A stretch of DNA of 63,078 nt, filler included, from Octopus bimaculoides (Eukaryota), in assembly GCF_001194135.2 (NCBI RefSeq). It is 5 parts of 5 records of this genome, joined end to end, with 100 filler letters (N's around TTAATTAATTAA, not from the genome) between each part and the next. Parts side by side here need not be neighbours in the genome. Positions count along the whole stretch, not along the records: positions 1 to 18,945 come from NC_068988.1; positions 19,046 to 24,558 come from NC_069000.1; 3 more parts are not named here. One strand, 5' to 3'. The notes under the pieces were generated by a model. It was given only the letters and a program-made list of their open reading frames with translations, had not been told where the DNA came from and searched no databases. The position numbers were made by a program, and so were the translations under genes. Numbering within the stretch: the first letter of the stretch is position 1; every line of letters begins with the position of its first letter. Below, piece after piece: positions 12,123-23,454 of the stretch.

Positions 12123-12554
12123 NNNNNNNNNNNNNNNNNNNNNNNNNNNNNNNNNNNNNNNNNNNNNNNNNNNNNNNNNNNNNNNNNNNNNNNNNNNNNN
12201 NNNNNNNNNNNNNNNNNNNNNNNNNNNNNNNNNNNNNNNNNNNNNNNNNNNNNNNNNNNNNNNNNNNNNNNNNNNNNNNNNNNNNNNNNNNNNNNNNNNN
12301 NNNNNNNNNNNNNNNNNNNNNNNNNNNNNNNNNNNNNNNNNNNNNNNNNNNNNNNNNNNNNNNNNNNNNNNNNNNNNNNNNNNNNNNNNNNNNNNNNNNN
12401 NNNNNNNNNNNNNNNNNNNNNNNNNNNNNNNNNNNNNNNNNNNNNNNNNNNNNNNNNNNNNNNNNNNNNNNNNNNNNNNNNNNNNNNNNNNNNNNNNNNN
12501 NNNNNNNNNNNNNNNNNNNNNNNNNNNNNNNNNNNNNNNNNNNNNNNNNNNNNN

Positions 12555-12595
<41 letters not shown>

Positions 12596-12714
12596 TTAAA
12601 GTAACAAACTAAGGAAAAAATGCCTTCAAAGGGGTGTGTAAAACATCCACTTCACTATTACATCAGTTGAATACCACATAAATATAGGTTTAATTCAAAT
12701 TACAAACAATAGAT

Positions 12715-13225
12715 TAAATAGAGTTACATTTGACAATCTAATAATTTATTTATATCATAATATAACATAATATACCATGAATATAATACAATATAATATA
12801 ACAAACAATTATTATAAAAAAACCCAAAGAAGCCAACAATTTGTTTTGACTTATATACATTTTTTGATATACAAACAGTTCAATTCCTTTATATAAGCCT
12901 CATCAGAGCCAATGGTTTGAAGATAGACAGAATTCTATGTCAAAGGACAGTTTTTGAATTAACCTTTTTTTACAATCCAGCTGTTCTTTTACATAGAATT
13001 TTGTCTATCTTAGAACCATTGGCCTTGATGAGGCTTATATTGGAATTGAACTGTTTATATATCAGAAAATGTATTTAAGTCAAAACAAATTGTTGGCTTT
13101 TTAATTTTTTTTAATAATTGTTTGTTATATTATTTTATATTATATTATATTCATAGATTATTATTTGGATTATCAATTGTCAATATTATAATATAAATTA
13201 TTGGATGGTCAATTGTATCTCTCTA
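12715..13225. repeat. About 500-bp imperfect palindrome
   Basis: Arms approx. 12730-12940 and 12991-13212 (e.g. gcctcatcagagccaatgg / ccattggccttgatgaggc; gatagacagaattctatgt / acatagaattttgtctatc), 50-bp spacer. Confidence 0.9.
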
Positions 13226-13269
13226 TCAAATTTATTGTATGTATATATCTATATATACACATGTTATAT

Positions 13270-14760
13270 AAATGCAGTTTGGTTTTGTGCCAGGCAGAAG
13301 CACCACTGATGCTATATTTCTGGTAAGATAACTGCAGGAGAAATACCTAGCCAAAGATAAACTTCTGTACTTGGCTATTGTTGACTTGGAGAAAGCCTTT
13401 GACAGGGTCCCCTGGTGGTCAATGCAGAAACTGAGGATAGACAAGTGGTTGGTAGGAGCTGTACAGGCCCTGTACATGGATGCTATCAATAAGGTGAGGG
13501 TGGGCAATGAGTATAGTGAAGAATTCCAAGTAGAAATAGGAGTTCATCAAGTATCAGTCCTCAGCCCCCTCTTATTCATTATAGTCCTCCAGGCAATACC
13601 AGAGGAAGTCAAGATGGTTGCTTCTGGGAGCTCCTCTGTGAGGATGACCTTGCTCTAATAGCTGAGTCACTGCCAGAACTGGAGACAAAGTTTAGGGTGT
13701 GGAAGCAAGGTCTAGAATCGAAAGGCCTTAGGGTTAACCTAGCAAAAACAAAAGTCTTAGTAAGTAGGAAGGCTGTCAAATCACAAACCCCTTCAGGTAG
13801 ATGGCCCTGCTCGATCTGTAGAAAAGGCGTGGGTAGAAACTCCATATGATGTACCCAGTGTAAGCTATGGACACATAAATACTGCAGCAACGTCAAAGGA
13901 AGGTTAGCCGGGAAGTAGTTTTTGTGTGTGGCAGATGCACTGGAGCAATAAACACTGACGATGTATAGAAAACAAATTCTATCGCATGCCAAAAGGAGAA
14001 ACTAGTAGTTAATAGTTTCCACTACCTAGGGAACCAAGTCTGTAGTGGGGATAACTGTTCTGAGAGTGTAGTGACTAGAGTAATAATAGCCTGGTCAAAG
14101 TTCAGGGGGCTCCTGCCTCTGCTGGCAACTAAGGGCCTCTCACTCAGGTTGAAAGGTAGACAGTGTGATGCATGTGTGCAAACTGCCATGCTACATGGGA
14201 GTGAAACATGGGCTGTGAATGCTGAGGACATGTATAGGCTTAAGAGAAATGAAGCTAGTATGATCCGCTGGATGTGTAATGTCAGTGTGCATACACGACA
14301 AAGTGTAAGTTCCCTGAGAGAAAAGTTGGGCATAAGAAGCATTAAATGTGGTGTGTAAGAGGCGTCTACGCTGGTATGGTCATGTGCTACATATGAATGA
14401 AGACAGCTGTGTGAGGAAGTGCCACTCTCTAACTGTGGAAGGAACCTATAGAAGAGGTAGACCCAGGAAGACATGGGATGAGGTGGTGAAGCATGACCTT
14501 TGAACATTGGGCCTCACAGAGGCAGTGCTGAGAGACTGGGACCTTTGGAGATATGCTGTGATTGAGAAGACTCAGTAACTAAAATGAGATCGTAGCCAGG
14601 CATGTACGGCCCTGTTAAGAATACCCCTGATGCGTCGGGTGATAGGATATGCTTGAAAAGACCTGCTGAGTCAAGTAAAACCAATATCGTAACTGTAGCC
14701 AGTGCCGTCCAACTAGCTCCTGTGCCAGTGGCACGTAAATAGCACCATCCAAATGTGGTC
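13270..14760 (+). mobile_element. RTE-clade LINE, 5'-truncated, RT with internal PHD-like finger, decayed
   Basis: MQFGFVPGRSTTDAIF, DLEKAFDRVP, GVHQVSVLSPLLF, EDDL, then CSIC..CTQC..HKYC..CGRC, FHYLG, AWSKF, MLHGSETW. Confidence 0.92.
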
Positions 14761-14788
14761 GATTCCAGGTCTGCCAGGAGTGGCTATA

Positions 14789-15183
14789 GGTGCAGGAGTG
14801 ACTGTGTGGTTAGTAACATGGTTCTGGGTTCAGTCCCACTGCGTAGCACCTTGGGCAAGTGTCTTCTGCCAACCAAAGCCTTGTGAGTGGATTTGATAGA
14901 CAGAAACTGAAAGAAGCCTATTGTAAATATATATATATATGTGTGGGGGGGTGTATGTGTGCGTGTGTGTACGTTTGTGTGTCTGTGTTTGCCACCACCA
15001 CCATCGCCTGACAACTGATGCGGGTGCGTTTACATCCCCGTAACTAAGCAGTTTGGCAAAAGAGACTGGTAGAGTAAGTACTAGGTTTACAAAGAATAAG
15101 TCCTGGGGTTGATTTGTTTGACTAGAGGTGGTGCTCCAGCATGGCCACAGTCAAATGACTGAAACAAATAAAAGAATAAAAGA
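14789..15183 (+). mobile_element. tRNA-derived SINE, family B (internal microsatellite, aaagaata-type tail)
   Basis: ggtgcaggagtgactgtgtggt head, ggttcagtccc B-box-like, ccaaagccttgtgagtggattt core; homologous to 62008-62385. Confidence 0.85.
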
Positions 15184-15204
<21 letters not shown>

Positions 15205-15214
<10 letters not shown>

Positions 15215-15510
15215 TTGGTAGAAAGGACAACAAAAGAAAGAAAGAGACCTCGATATTATGTAAATAGAGGAATTTATCTGTAAAAATATGTGACACTTAT
15301 TCGGTAGTCATGATAAAACTCCACGTTTCGGATGCTGGGCTGGGAACCCATGCTGCCATCTCTTCAGTTATCCAGCCACTGAAAATTCTTGTGAAAAATG
15401 ACCGTTAAACAAAGGGAAATTACAGTGTGGTTGACCGTTATTAAGACAAAAGAGCTATGGACTGCTAAGTAAGGGGAGGGAGTAAAGGTAAGGGAGTAGA
15501 AAAGTCTATA
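15205..15510 (-). mobile_element. Short hammerhead-bearing element (PLE pseudo-LTR or retrozyme-like), copy 1
   Basis: Reverse complement aligns with 20490-20810; both 3' ends run into (TA)n. Confidence 0.75.
15308..15378 (-). ncRNA. Type I hammerhead ribozyme (GUU triplet)
   Basis: - strand: gataa CTGAAGA gatg...catcc GAAA cgtggag TT ttatc; helix I gataa/ttatc. Confidence 0.6.
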
Positions 15511-15591
15511 GTATTCACGTAAACACTTTAATCCGTACATTCGCCTATATATATATACTCAACCACGCTCACTTGAAAACACATTCTCACG

Positions 15592-16200
15592 TTATCAGAA
15601 GAGTACGATGGATTGCCTACCATTAAATGACTTTCTAAAATGAAATTCCATTATGCAGCTGAGGAGTACATTTTCATTGCACGTCTTATGTGGTGTTCTC
15701 ACTACATGAATAAATGAAGTTTGTACGAAACGTATGAATCTTTGTTGTTTTTCTTCAAATTTTATTCACCAAATCTCTTGATTTTGTTTTTGGCTTTTAC
15801 CCTACCAAATTCTGGTGCCTCAAACATTTTAAGTACCACATTTAATCTTTTGATTAAATCTATATTATTATTCTGAACTTGCTCACCATTTGGGAGTATA
15901 TATATTTTTCTGGTACTTAATTTTCAACAAAATGGAAAAGGTTAACATGGAATTCTCTCAGAAGGACATCTCCTTACACAGCAAAAAAATGTATATGTGG
16001 CTACTTATTCACAGAACCATTGATTTTATCAGAAGAGTACGGTGGATTGCCTACCACTAAATGACTTTCTAAAATGAAATTCCATTATGCAGCTGAGGAG
16101 TACATTTTCATTGCACATTTTATGTAGTGTTCTCACTACATGAATAAATGAAGTTTGTACGAAACATACGTACTGCTATAACCTATTGAATTTTTGGTGC
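15592..16200 (+). repeat. Two 140-bp direct repeats (15592-15731, 16026-16165) each carrying a hammerhead core
   Basis: 434-bp offset, about 5 substitutions; CTGAGGA at 15659 and 16093, GAAA at 15727 and 16161. Confidence 0.9.
16085..16180 (+). ncRNA. Type I hammerhead ribozyme with extended helix II, apparently intact (GUA triplet)
   Basis: gcag CTGAGGA gtac..ttcatt..atgtagtg ttct cactacat..aatgaa..gtac GAAA c atac g TA ctgc; helix I gcag/ctgc; predicted cleavage after 16172. Confidence 0.75.
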
Positions 16201-16223
16201 TTTTCTCCAAATTATATAAAAGA

Positions 16224-16251
<28 letters not shown>

Positions 16252-16254
<3 letters not shown>

Positions 16255-17495
16255 GACAGGGAAAGCTCCTGCATCATCAAGAATCACTGTTGAGATTATT
16301 AAAATATCTGCCAGTGTATCAGTCTAGTCACTCATATAGTTAATCAGTTTATTCAGGAAGGCATCATCCCCATTGACTGGTGTAATAGTATTATAGTTAG
16401 CTACTACAAGGGTAAAGGTGATGCCTTAGATAGAAATAACTACAGAGGTATCAAATTGCTTGACCAAGTCATGAAAGTTAGAGAGAGAGTTATAGCTCAG
16501 TTGATTAGAAATAGAATTAAACTGGATAAGATGCAGTTTGGTTTTGTACCAGGGAAGAATACCACAGATGCCATCTTTCTAGTGAGCCATAGTACTTTGC
16601 TTTTGATGACCTGGAGAAAGCTTTTGAGAGTCATCTCACTCTGTTATTTGGTGGTATCTAAGGGAGTTAGAAGTTGATGAGTGACTTGTCAGAGCTGTAC
16701 AAGCCATGTGATGCTGTCAGTAGGGTGAGAGTGAGCCATGAATATAGTGATGAATTTAACATACAAGTAGAGGTTCACCAGGACTCAGTCCTAGTCCACT
16801 CTCATGTATCATAGTCCTCCAGGCCATAACAAAGGAATTCAAAACTGGATGCCCGTGGTAACTATTATATACAGATGACCTCGTTCTTATTGCAGAATCT
16901 GTAGCAGAGTTGGAGAAGAAATTTCAGGTATGGAAGCAAAACCTGGAATCAAGGGGCCTTAGAGTTAACCTAGCGAAGATAAAAGTTGTTAGTAAGAAAG
17001 CAGAAAAGACTCTGTTTCTATCAGGTAACCCGGCTCAATATGTAGGAAAGGAGTTGGAAGTAGTTCCACTTGCTGTGCCCAGTGTAAGCTATGGACACAT
17101 ATGAGATGCAATGGAATCACAGGTATATTAACAGATAAAGTCGTCATATGTGGCAGATTAGCAATGGTGGGAGATATTCTAAAGGTATTTTTTCTAGAAT
17201 AAGTATAGGATGGAGGAAGTTCAGAGAGCTATTACCTCTGCTATCAACAAAAGACTCTCAGAGTGAAAGATAGATTGCATGAACAGCTATACTCCATGGC
17301 AGTGAGACATGGGCTCTAAATACAGAGCGCATGTGTAGACTAGAGAGAAATGAAGGCAATGTGCACCGTCGGATGTACAACAAAGTGTAAATGTGTTGAG
17401 AGAAAAGTTGGGCATAAGAAGAATCAGATGCAGCATGCAAGAGAGAAGACTATGTTGGTTTGTACATGTGATGTGTATGAATGAAGACATATGTT
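16252..17495 (+). mobile_element. RTE-clade LINE fragment, decayed
   Basis: YKGKGDALDRNNYRGIKLLDQVMKV, MQFGFVPGKNTTDAIFLV, LLYTDDLVLIAES, remnant of the same Cys/His finger near 17030-17160. Confidence 0.88.
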
Positions 17496-17500
17496 TTAAA

Positions 17501-18100
17501 GTTGGTGTTCTTGTGGAATTGGAATATGTGCAGCAGTATTATATGTGCACCATTTATTTTTTGTGGGGGGGGGGTCGGAGGTGGCAAGGCTGCATAAGCA
17601 TCAGTGGAGTATGTGTGGGAAGCCCAGACACACTTATAGTACCCCTACACACTCTATGTGTACTAACCAAAACATAAACAAAAACACACAAACGAACACA
17701 CAAATGCATATGCAACCTTGGGGTACCCACCCAATCCCCCTAAAAATGCTGCACATATAGCACCACCACACATTACAATTCTACAAGAACACCAATCCTA
17801 AAATATACACACATTTCCCATATCCCCTTTCTGGAAAACTCATGTCGCCTTTCAACATCCCCAGAGACAGTGCTTTGGTGCCAAGCGACATAACTCTTAA
17901 ATTAACTCTTGCTTGGTTCATTTCATTGTCTTTTTCACAGCAACCAAAACTGGATGTGTCTGTTCAGCTCCAATAATAGAGAACTGTCACCATATTTCAT
18001 TCCATAACTGCCATCTCTGAAAAGTGCAGGGTTACATAATTGGACTGTTACCTAAGACTCTGATGAACTCCTAGTGCGAAACCAATCAATTAAGATTGGG
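17501..18100 (+). mobile_element. Unclassified element with terminal inverted segment and degenerate hammerhead-like motif (possible PLE end)
   Basis: IR 17501-17555 vs 17745-17797; CTGATGA 18060-18066, GAAA 18078-18081, helix ccaatc/gattgg. Confidence 0.4.
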
Positions 18101-18189
18101 TATAATGGATATTTGATACTGTACACTCTGATTAATGTGTATGTGTGTGTGTATGTATGTGCGTTTGTGTGCACATGTGTGTGTTTGTA

Positions 18190-18220
<31 letters not shown>

Positions 18221-18665
18221 CAGACAGAGAGCTACTAATGGAGGAAAACACAGAAACTCAGGTAGGCTTGATATACATATATTTATATAGAATATATATA
18301 TATGGTACATATATACATGGAGTATATATTTACATGAAGCATATATTTACATGGAGCATAAAATAACAAATTTCTTCATATTTTATTCTGTATTTTCCAT
18401 GCTCTATATAAATAAATGTATATTAAGCCTAACTGTGTTTATCTCCATTACTACTTGCATATCAAGTTCATTTGTGCCTCTCTTATAGCTACACTTGATG
18501 CTGCAGTCCTGGCCCTGGACAAAGAATTCAGAGTTTAAGTTGAAATTATTTTGAGCATTACGTCGTGTTTTCTATACTGAGCATACTCAGCTCTTGCCTG
18601 TTGTCTGCAAATATGTGTGTGTGTGTGTGCGTGCACACACACGCACGCGCACACACACACGCATG

Positions 18666-18714
<49 letters not shown>

Positions 18715-18945
18715 CTCCGTTAATATTAGTAAATCAAAATCTTTGTTAAATAAGAAAGATTGGAGTGGACCTTGTCTTTAAAGCTCACTGGTGGATGGGG
18801 CGGATATGTTTGAATTTTGTTAGGTTTCATCAGTAAAGCATACTCCATCCAGTTGGTAAGTAATCAGCAAATGCGTACATGTGTATGTGTACTTAATTAT
18901 ATAAATCATATAAATAAATGAAGTAGCACAGAAATCGAATCAAAC

Positions 18946-19045
18946 NNNNNNNNNNNNNNNNNNNNNNNNNNNNNNNNNNNNNNNNNNNNTTAATTAATTA
19001 ANNNNNNNNNNNNNNNNNNNNNNNNNNNNNNNNNNNNNNNNNNNN
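18946..19045. other. Artificial scaffold-join spacer (44 N + TTAATTAATTAA + 44 N)
   Basis: Exactly 100 bp; the 12-mer has stops in all six frames; identical at 24559-24658, 30099-30198, 45317-45416. Confidence 0.95.
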
Positions 19046-19105
<60 letters not shown>

Positions 19106-19721
19106 GAGAGAGATAGAGAACTACATATAGTTTAGAAATAGTAATGATGGCAAATGTAATAAATGTATTTCTTCTCGTTTGTTAAGATGCAGGAAAATCG
19201 ATCGAAATTCAAATACGGGAAATTTTTTATTTTTAACATGTGTGTGTGTGTGTGTGCGTGTACGCCTATGACCCGAGAACGTACCTAAAGGGTGGTTTTC
19301 CGTTATTTCCTGACTATCGTTTATAAGTTGCACATGTCTCGACGTCCTTTACGCAAAAATAAAAAGGCACCCGGTCAGAAGTGACACCCTTTACTCCTCG
19401 ACAGAAGGTTTGTTATGAAGGGGTCATTCACTTTTTACAAACGAGAGAGAGAAGCTTGCGAGACTTTTAACAGTGCAGATAAAACCATTCAATTTTCCTA
19501 AATTTTCCAATTTTCCTAAATTTTCCAATATATTGTACTTAAAATATTTATTTAAAAACAATCCATTTTTTAAAATGAATTTCATATTTATTAATCTCTA
19601 TATTTGCAAACAGACTGTTTCAGTATTCTTTGTATCTTCAGTACAGATTGCAAGTTGATTATATAACTGCTATAAAACAATATTACTATAATATTAGTAC
19701 AATATTATAACATTCTTTGAA

Positions 19722-19870
19722 TAACTTAGCGGTTCGGCAAATAAAACCGTCAATATAAGTACTAGGCTTTAAAAAATAATTACTGGGATCGACTCGTTCG
19801 ACTAAAATTCTTCTAGGCGGTGCCTTCGCATGGCCGTAATCTAATGACAAACAAGTAAAAGATAAAAGAT
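19722..19870 (+). mobile_element. SINE family B 3' part inside a degenerate (TTACTACAATA)-like tandem tract (approx. 19650-20115)
   Basis: taacttagcggttcggcaaa...aagtactaggctt...ggcggtgcc..gcatggccg...aagtaaaagataaaag. Confidence 0.75.
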
Positions 19871-20136
19871 TACTACGATATTACAATATTCACGCAATAT
19901 GCCTATAACATTATTACAACATTATTAAACTATAATTGCCATATATTGCAACATTTTGACAATTCTGCAATGTCGTAATATTACTACAATATTGCTATGA
20001 TACCATAATATCTCTACGGCACTTACAATATTACTAAAATATTGCCGTATTATTACGTTATTGCTACAATAATTACGGTATTATTACGACATAACAACTG
20101 TGTTACTGCATTATTANNNNNNNNNNTAATATATAT

Positions 20137-20243
20137 ATGTTTACATTTGACAGAAGTTTTGATGGGAATGTTCCGCCAATATTACCTGTGTTGATGTTTG
20201 TGCATGTAACACCAAGTTTCTCTATATCTATTCCAGAACAGTG
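20137..20243 (-). mobile_element. Fragment of the second RLE LINE family (T family)
   Basis: Direct homologue of 22746-22852; encodes YWRNIPIKTSVKCKH. Confidence 0.75.
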
Positions 20244-20251
20244 TATATATA

Positions 20252-20412
20252 AAACAAAGATACACCACATAGCAGTACGACACCACTCGAAGACGCCGGT
20301 CGGCAGGCTGATGCCTGAGGGTTATATCAAGTGACTTCTGGCGGCGGAAGCCCGAACTACAACGGGCTTGTCCCAAAGAGAACGTTTCCGGTTACTTTTG
20401 GGTGCCCCCTCG
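20252..20412 (-). mobile_element. Mariner 5' end (same family as 48758)
   Basis: agagaacgtttccggttacttttgggtgccccctcg|TA is the reverse complement of the 48758 terminus; homology continues about 160 bp. Confidence 0.8.
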
Positions 20413-20489
20413 TACATAGAGATGTATCTACACGCATGTGCGTGCGCGCATGTGTATATATGTACATGCACGCATACGCGATTTCTATG

Positions 20490-20810
20490 CTCATTTTTAC
20501 TTCTTTACTTTTTTACTTTCTCCCCTCCGGTTTTTCCCCCTTATTTAACGGCCATTCTAATAGCTCTTTTGTCTTAATAACGGTCAATTACATACTAATT
20601 TCCCTATGTTTAACGGTCATTTTCATAGCATTTTTTGATGGCCTCGATAACTGACGAGATGCCGGAGCAGTTTCCGCTCCGACATCCGAAACTCGGAGTC
20701 TTATTATGGCAATCGAATAATTGTCACATATTATATTACAGATAAATTCCTCTATTTACATAATATCGAGGTCTCATTCATTCTTTTGTTGTCTTTCCAT
20801 TACTATGAAT
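20490..20810 (+). mobile_element. Short hammerhead-bearing element, copy 2
   Basis: Homologous to 15205-15510; three taacgg(t/c)ca repeats upstream of the ribozyme. Confidence 0.75.
20641..20710 (+). ncRNA. Type I hammerhead ribozyme, canonical GUC triplet
   Basis: gataa CTGACGA(20651-57) gatg c cggagc agtttcc gctccg a catcc GAAA(20688-91) ctc g gag TC(20699-700) ttatt. Confidence 0.8.
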
Positions 20811-22049
20811 ATATATATATGTATATATATGTATATATATATGAAAGAAGGTTTGAAAATGCAACATCTTTAAAATTACATTTTCAAACCTTCTTTCATA
20901 TATATTTCCACTCGTGCGGTATCTTACAACTTTACTTTGTTATATGTGTATATATATATATACATATACATACANNNNNNNNNNNNNNNNNNNNNNNNNN
21001 NNNNNNNNNNNNNNNNNNNNNNNNNNNNNNNNNNNNNNNNNNNNNNNNNNNNNNNNNNNNNNNNNNNNNNNNNNNNNNNNNNNNNNNNNNNNNNNNNNNN
21101 NNNNNNNNNNNNNNNNNNNNNNNNNNNNNNNNNNNNNNNNNNNNNNNNNNNNNNNNNNNNNNNNNNNNNNNNNNNNNNNNNNNNNNNNNNNNNNNNNNNN
21201 NNNNNNNNNNNNNNNNNNNNNNNNNNNNNNNNNNNNNNNNNNNNNNNNNNNNNNNNNNNNNNNNNNNNNNNNNNNNNNNNNNNNNNNNNNNNNNNNNNNN
21301 NNNNNNNNNNNNNNNNNNNNNNNNNNNNNNNNNNNNNNNNNNNNNNNNNNNNNNNNNNNNNNNNNNNNNNNNNNNNNNNNNNNNNNNNNNNNNNNNNNNN
21401 NNNNNNNNNNNNNNNNNNNNNNNNNNNNNNNNNNNNNNNNNNNNNNNNNNNNNNNNNNNNNNNNNNNNNNNNNNNNNNNNNNNNNNNNNNNNNNNNNNNN
21501 NNNNNNNNNNNNNNNNNNNNNNNNNNNNNNNNNNNNNNNNNNACGATTAAGTGATCCTTTTAATCTTTCCGTTCTCTTCTAAAGCCTATTTCCCTTTTCG
21601 TATATTTATTTATCATTTCTTGAAAATCCTTTTATCAAAAAATATTTTATTTCGACAAAAAAAAAACAAAAAAAACAAAAAAAACTGAAACAAAAAAAAA
21701 CGAAACAAAGTCCTCCTTCCTAGATATATTAAATGCTAAGATTGACTTGTATTGGTTATAGTAGCGTGTGGTGATAACATTGAAGAAATGGCTACGTGCG
21801 TGTGTACGTGATAATACATAAGGTGAATCTTTCAGTTCGGTGCTTCTATTTTTCTGCCTCGGCTCTTTAACTTTCAGTTCAGTTCATTTCTTCAATATCT
21901 ACAACTTACACATTATGATGGTGACGATGATGATAGTGGTGGTGGCCGTGGTGGTGATGGCGGTGATGATTGTGATAATGATGATGATGATGATCATGTT
22001 TAAGATGGTAGACTGCATAATCTACGCAGTATCTATTAGGTCAAAGCCA

Positions 22050-22280
22050 TGAGCTATGTATGTATGTATGTATGCATATGTGTGTATGTATGTGTATGTA
22101 TGTATGTATGTATGTATGTATGTATGAATGTATGTGTGCGCGTGTGTATGTATGTATGTATGTATGTATGTATGTATGTGTGTGTGTGTGTATGTATGTA
22201 TATATGTATGTATGTTTGTATGTATGTATGTATATATGTATATATGCATGTATGTATGTATGTATGTATGTATGTATGCA

Positions 22281-22315
<35 letters not shown>

Positions 22316-22337
22316 ATGTATGTGCGTGTGTATGTAT
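22050..22337 (+). repeat. (TATG)n/(TG)n compound microsatellite
   Basis: Direct reading. Confidence 0.95.
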
Positions 22338-22339
22338 GT

Positions 22340-23135
22340 TCTTTTCTATTTTTAATGATTCGAAATCTTCATGTAAGGAAGGAACTAGTTTCCAACAAAC
22401 ATACAAAGGTCTCTCACTGGAATACAGATAGCAAGACCAAATTCACATTACAACTTAAGAAGAGTTTTTGTTGAATTCTTTTTCCGAAAATCCCAGCTTA
22501 TCCGGATTGTCATTTAGGTATTTACCAAAGAAAAAAACAAAAAATCCCCCCAGGTGCACCAATTATTGGAACAAACGTGAATACACAATCTGGGTGATAG
22601 AAGTTGGAGGCTCCGAACCAGTTGTTCGTGTTTATCCTCTTTCGCTCTGATTTTTGAAGAGATATTCACATCAGCAGGGCAGCTGACCTCTATGAGGGTT
22701 CATACGTTTGCTTGTCACCCTCATATAACGATATCCAGTCTGTTATGTTTACATTTGACAGAAGTTTTGATGGAAATGTTCCTCCAATGTAACTTGTGTT
22801 GATGTTTGTGTATGTAACAGCGAGTTTCTCTATATTTATTCCAGAACAGTTTTTTTCTCCCGAATGGTATTCCATATTGTTTCAGAAACAACGTCGTTCA
22901 GCATGGGGAGGTAGTACCTTGATTACACTTTTTTTAATGACGTTTTCGTAATATCTTCCACAGAAACGTGACATAATCTACATTTTCGTTGGCATCTTCG
23001 GGCCCCAGAAGCTTCACTGTCTCTCTATGTTAATTAGGTATTTGGTAGTAATCTCCTACTCTTGGATTGCAAATGTCTTCAAAGTGTGATACGATGTAGC
23101 GGGTCACGAAGCCAAGATATCGATGTTACTGTCAT
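22340..23135 (-). mobile_element. RLE-type non-LTR retrotransposon 3' part (T family; R4-related), decayed
   Basis: - strand, across frameshifts: TFAIQE*EITTKYL, ENVDYVT (zinc-knuckle region), KLHWRNISIKTSVKCKHNRLDIVI, EVSCPADVNISSKIRAKEDK, FTFVPII, LGFSEKE; 3' end runs into (TACA)n. Confidence 0.8.
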
Positions 23136-23138
23136 TTT

Positions 23139-23450
23139 TAAGGCGGCGAGCTGGAAAATCGTTAGTACGCCGGGCAAAATTTTAGCCAGTTTTTTGTTCA
23201 TCTTTACGTTCTGAGTTCAATTTCCGCTGAAGCCGACTTTGCTTTTCATCCTGTCGGGATCGATAAAATAAGTACCTGTTGAACACTTTAGCATAGATCT
23301 TCAAGTCTGCAACTTACAAAGAATAAGTCCTGGGGTCGATTTCTTCGACTAAAAAAAAAACCAAACCTTTAATGTGGTGCTCCAGCATGGCTGCAGTCAA
23401 ATGACTGAAAAAATGTAAGAGAAAAACAAAAAAAAAAACAACAAAAAGAT
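23139..23450 (+). mobile_element. SINE A 5' part (23139-23290) joined to SINE B 3' part (23305-23450)
   Basis: aaggcggcgagctgg...ttctgagttcaattt...; then acaaagaataagtcctggggtcgatt...gtgctccagcatggctgcagtcaaatgactgaaa. Confidence 0.8.
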
Positions 23451-23454
23451 AGAA

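Noticed and set aside
12860-13060. CTGATGAGG in the palindrome arms as hammerheads
   Set aside because: Both arms have GAAC rather than GAAA and no convincing helix II.
15592-16165. Direct repeats as a CRISPR array or a pair of retroviral LTRs
   Set aside because: Only two 140-bp copies in a eukaryotic context; no TG...CA ends, PBS or PPT.
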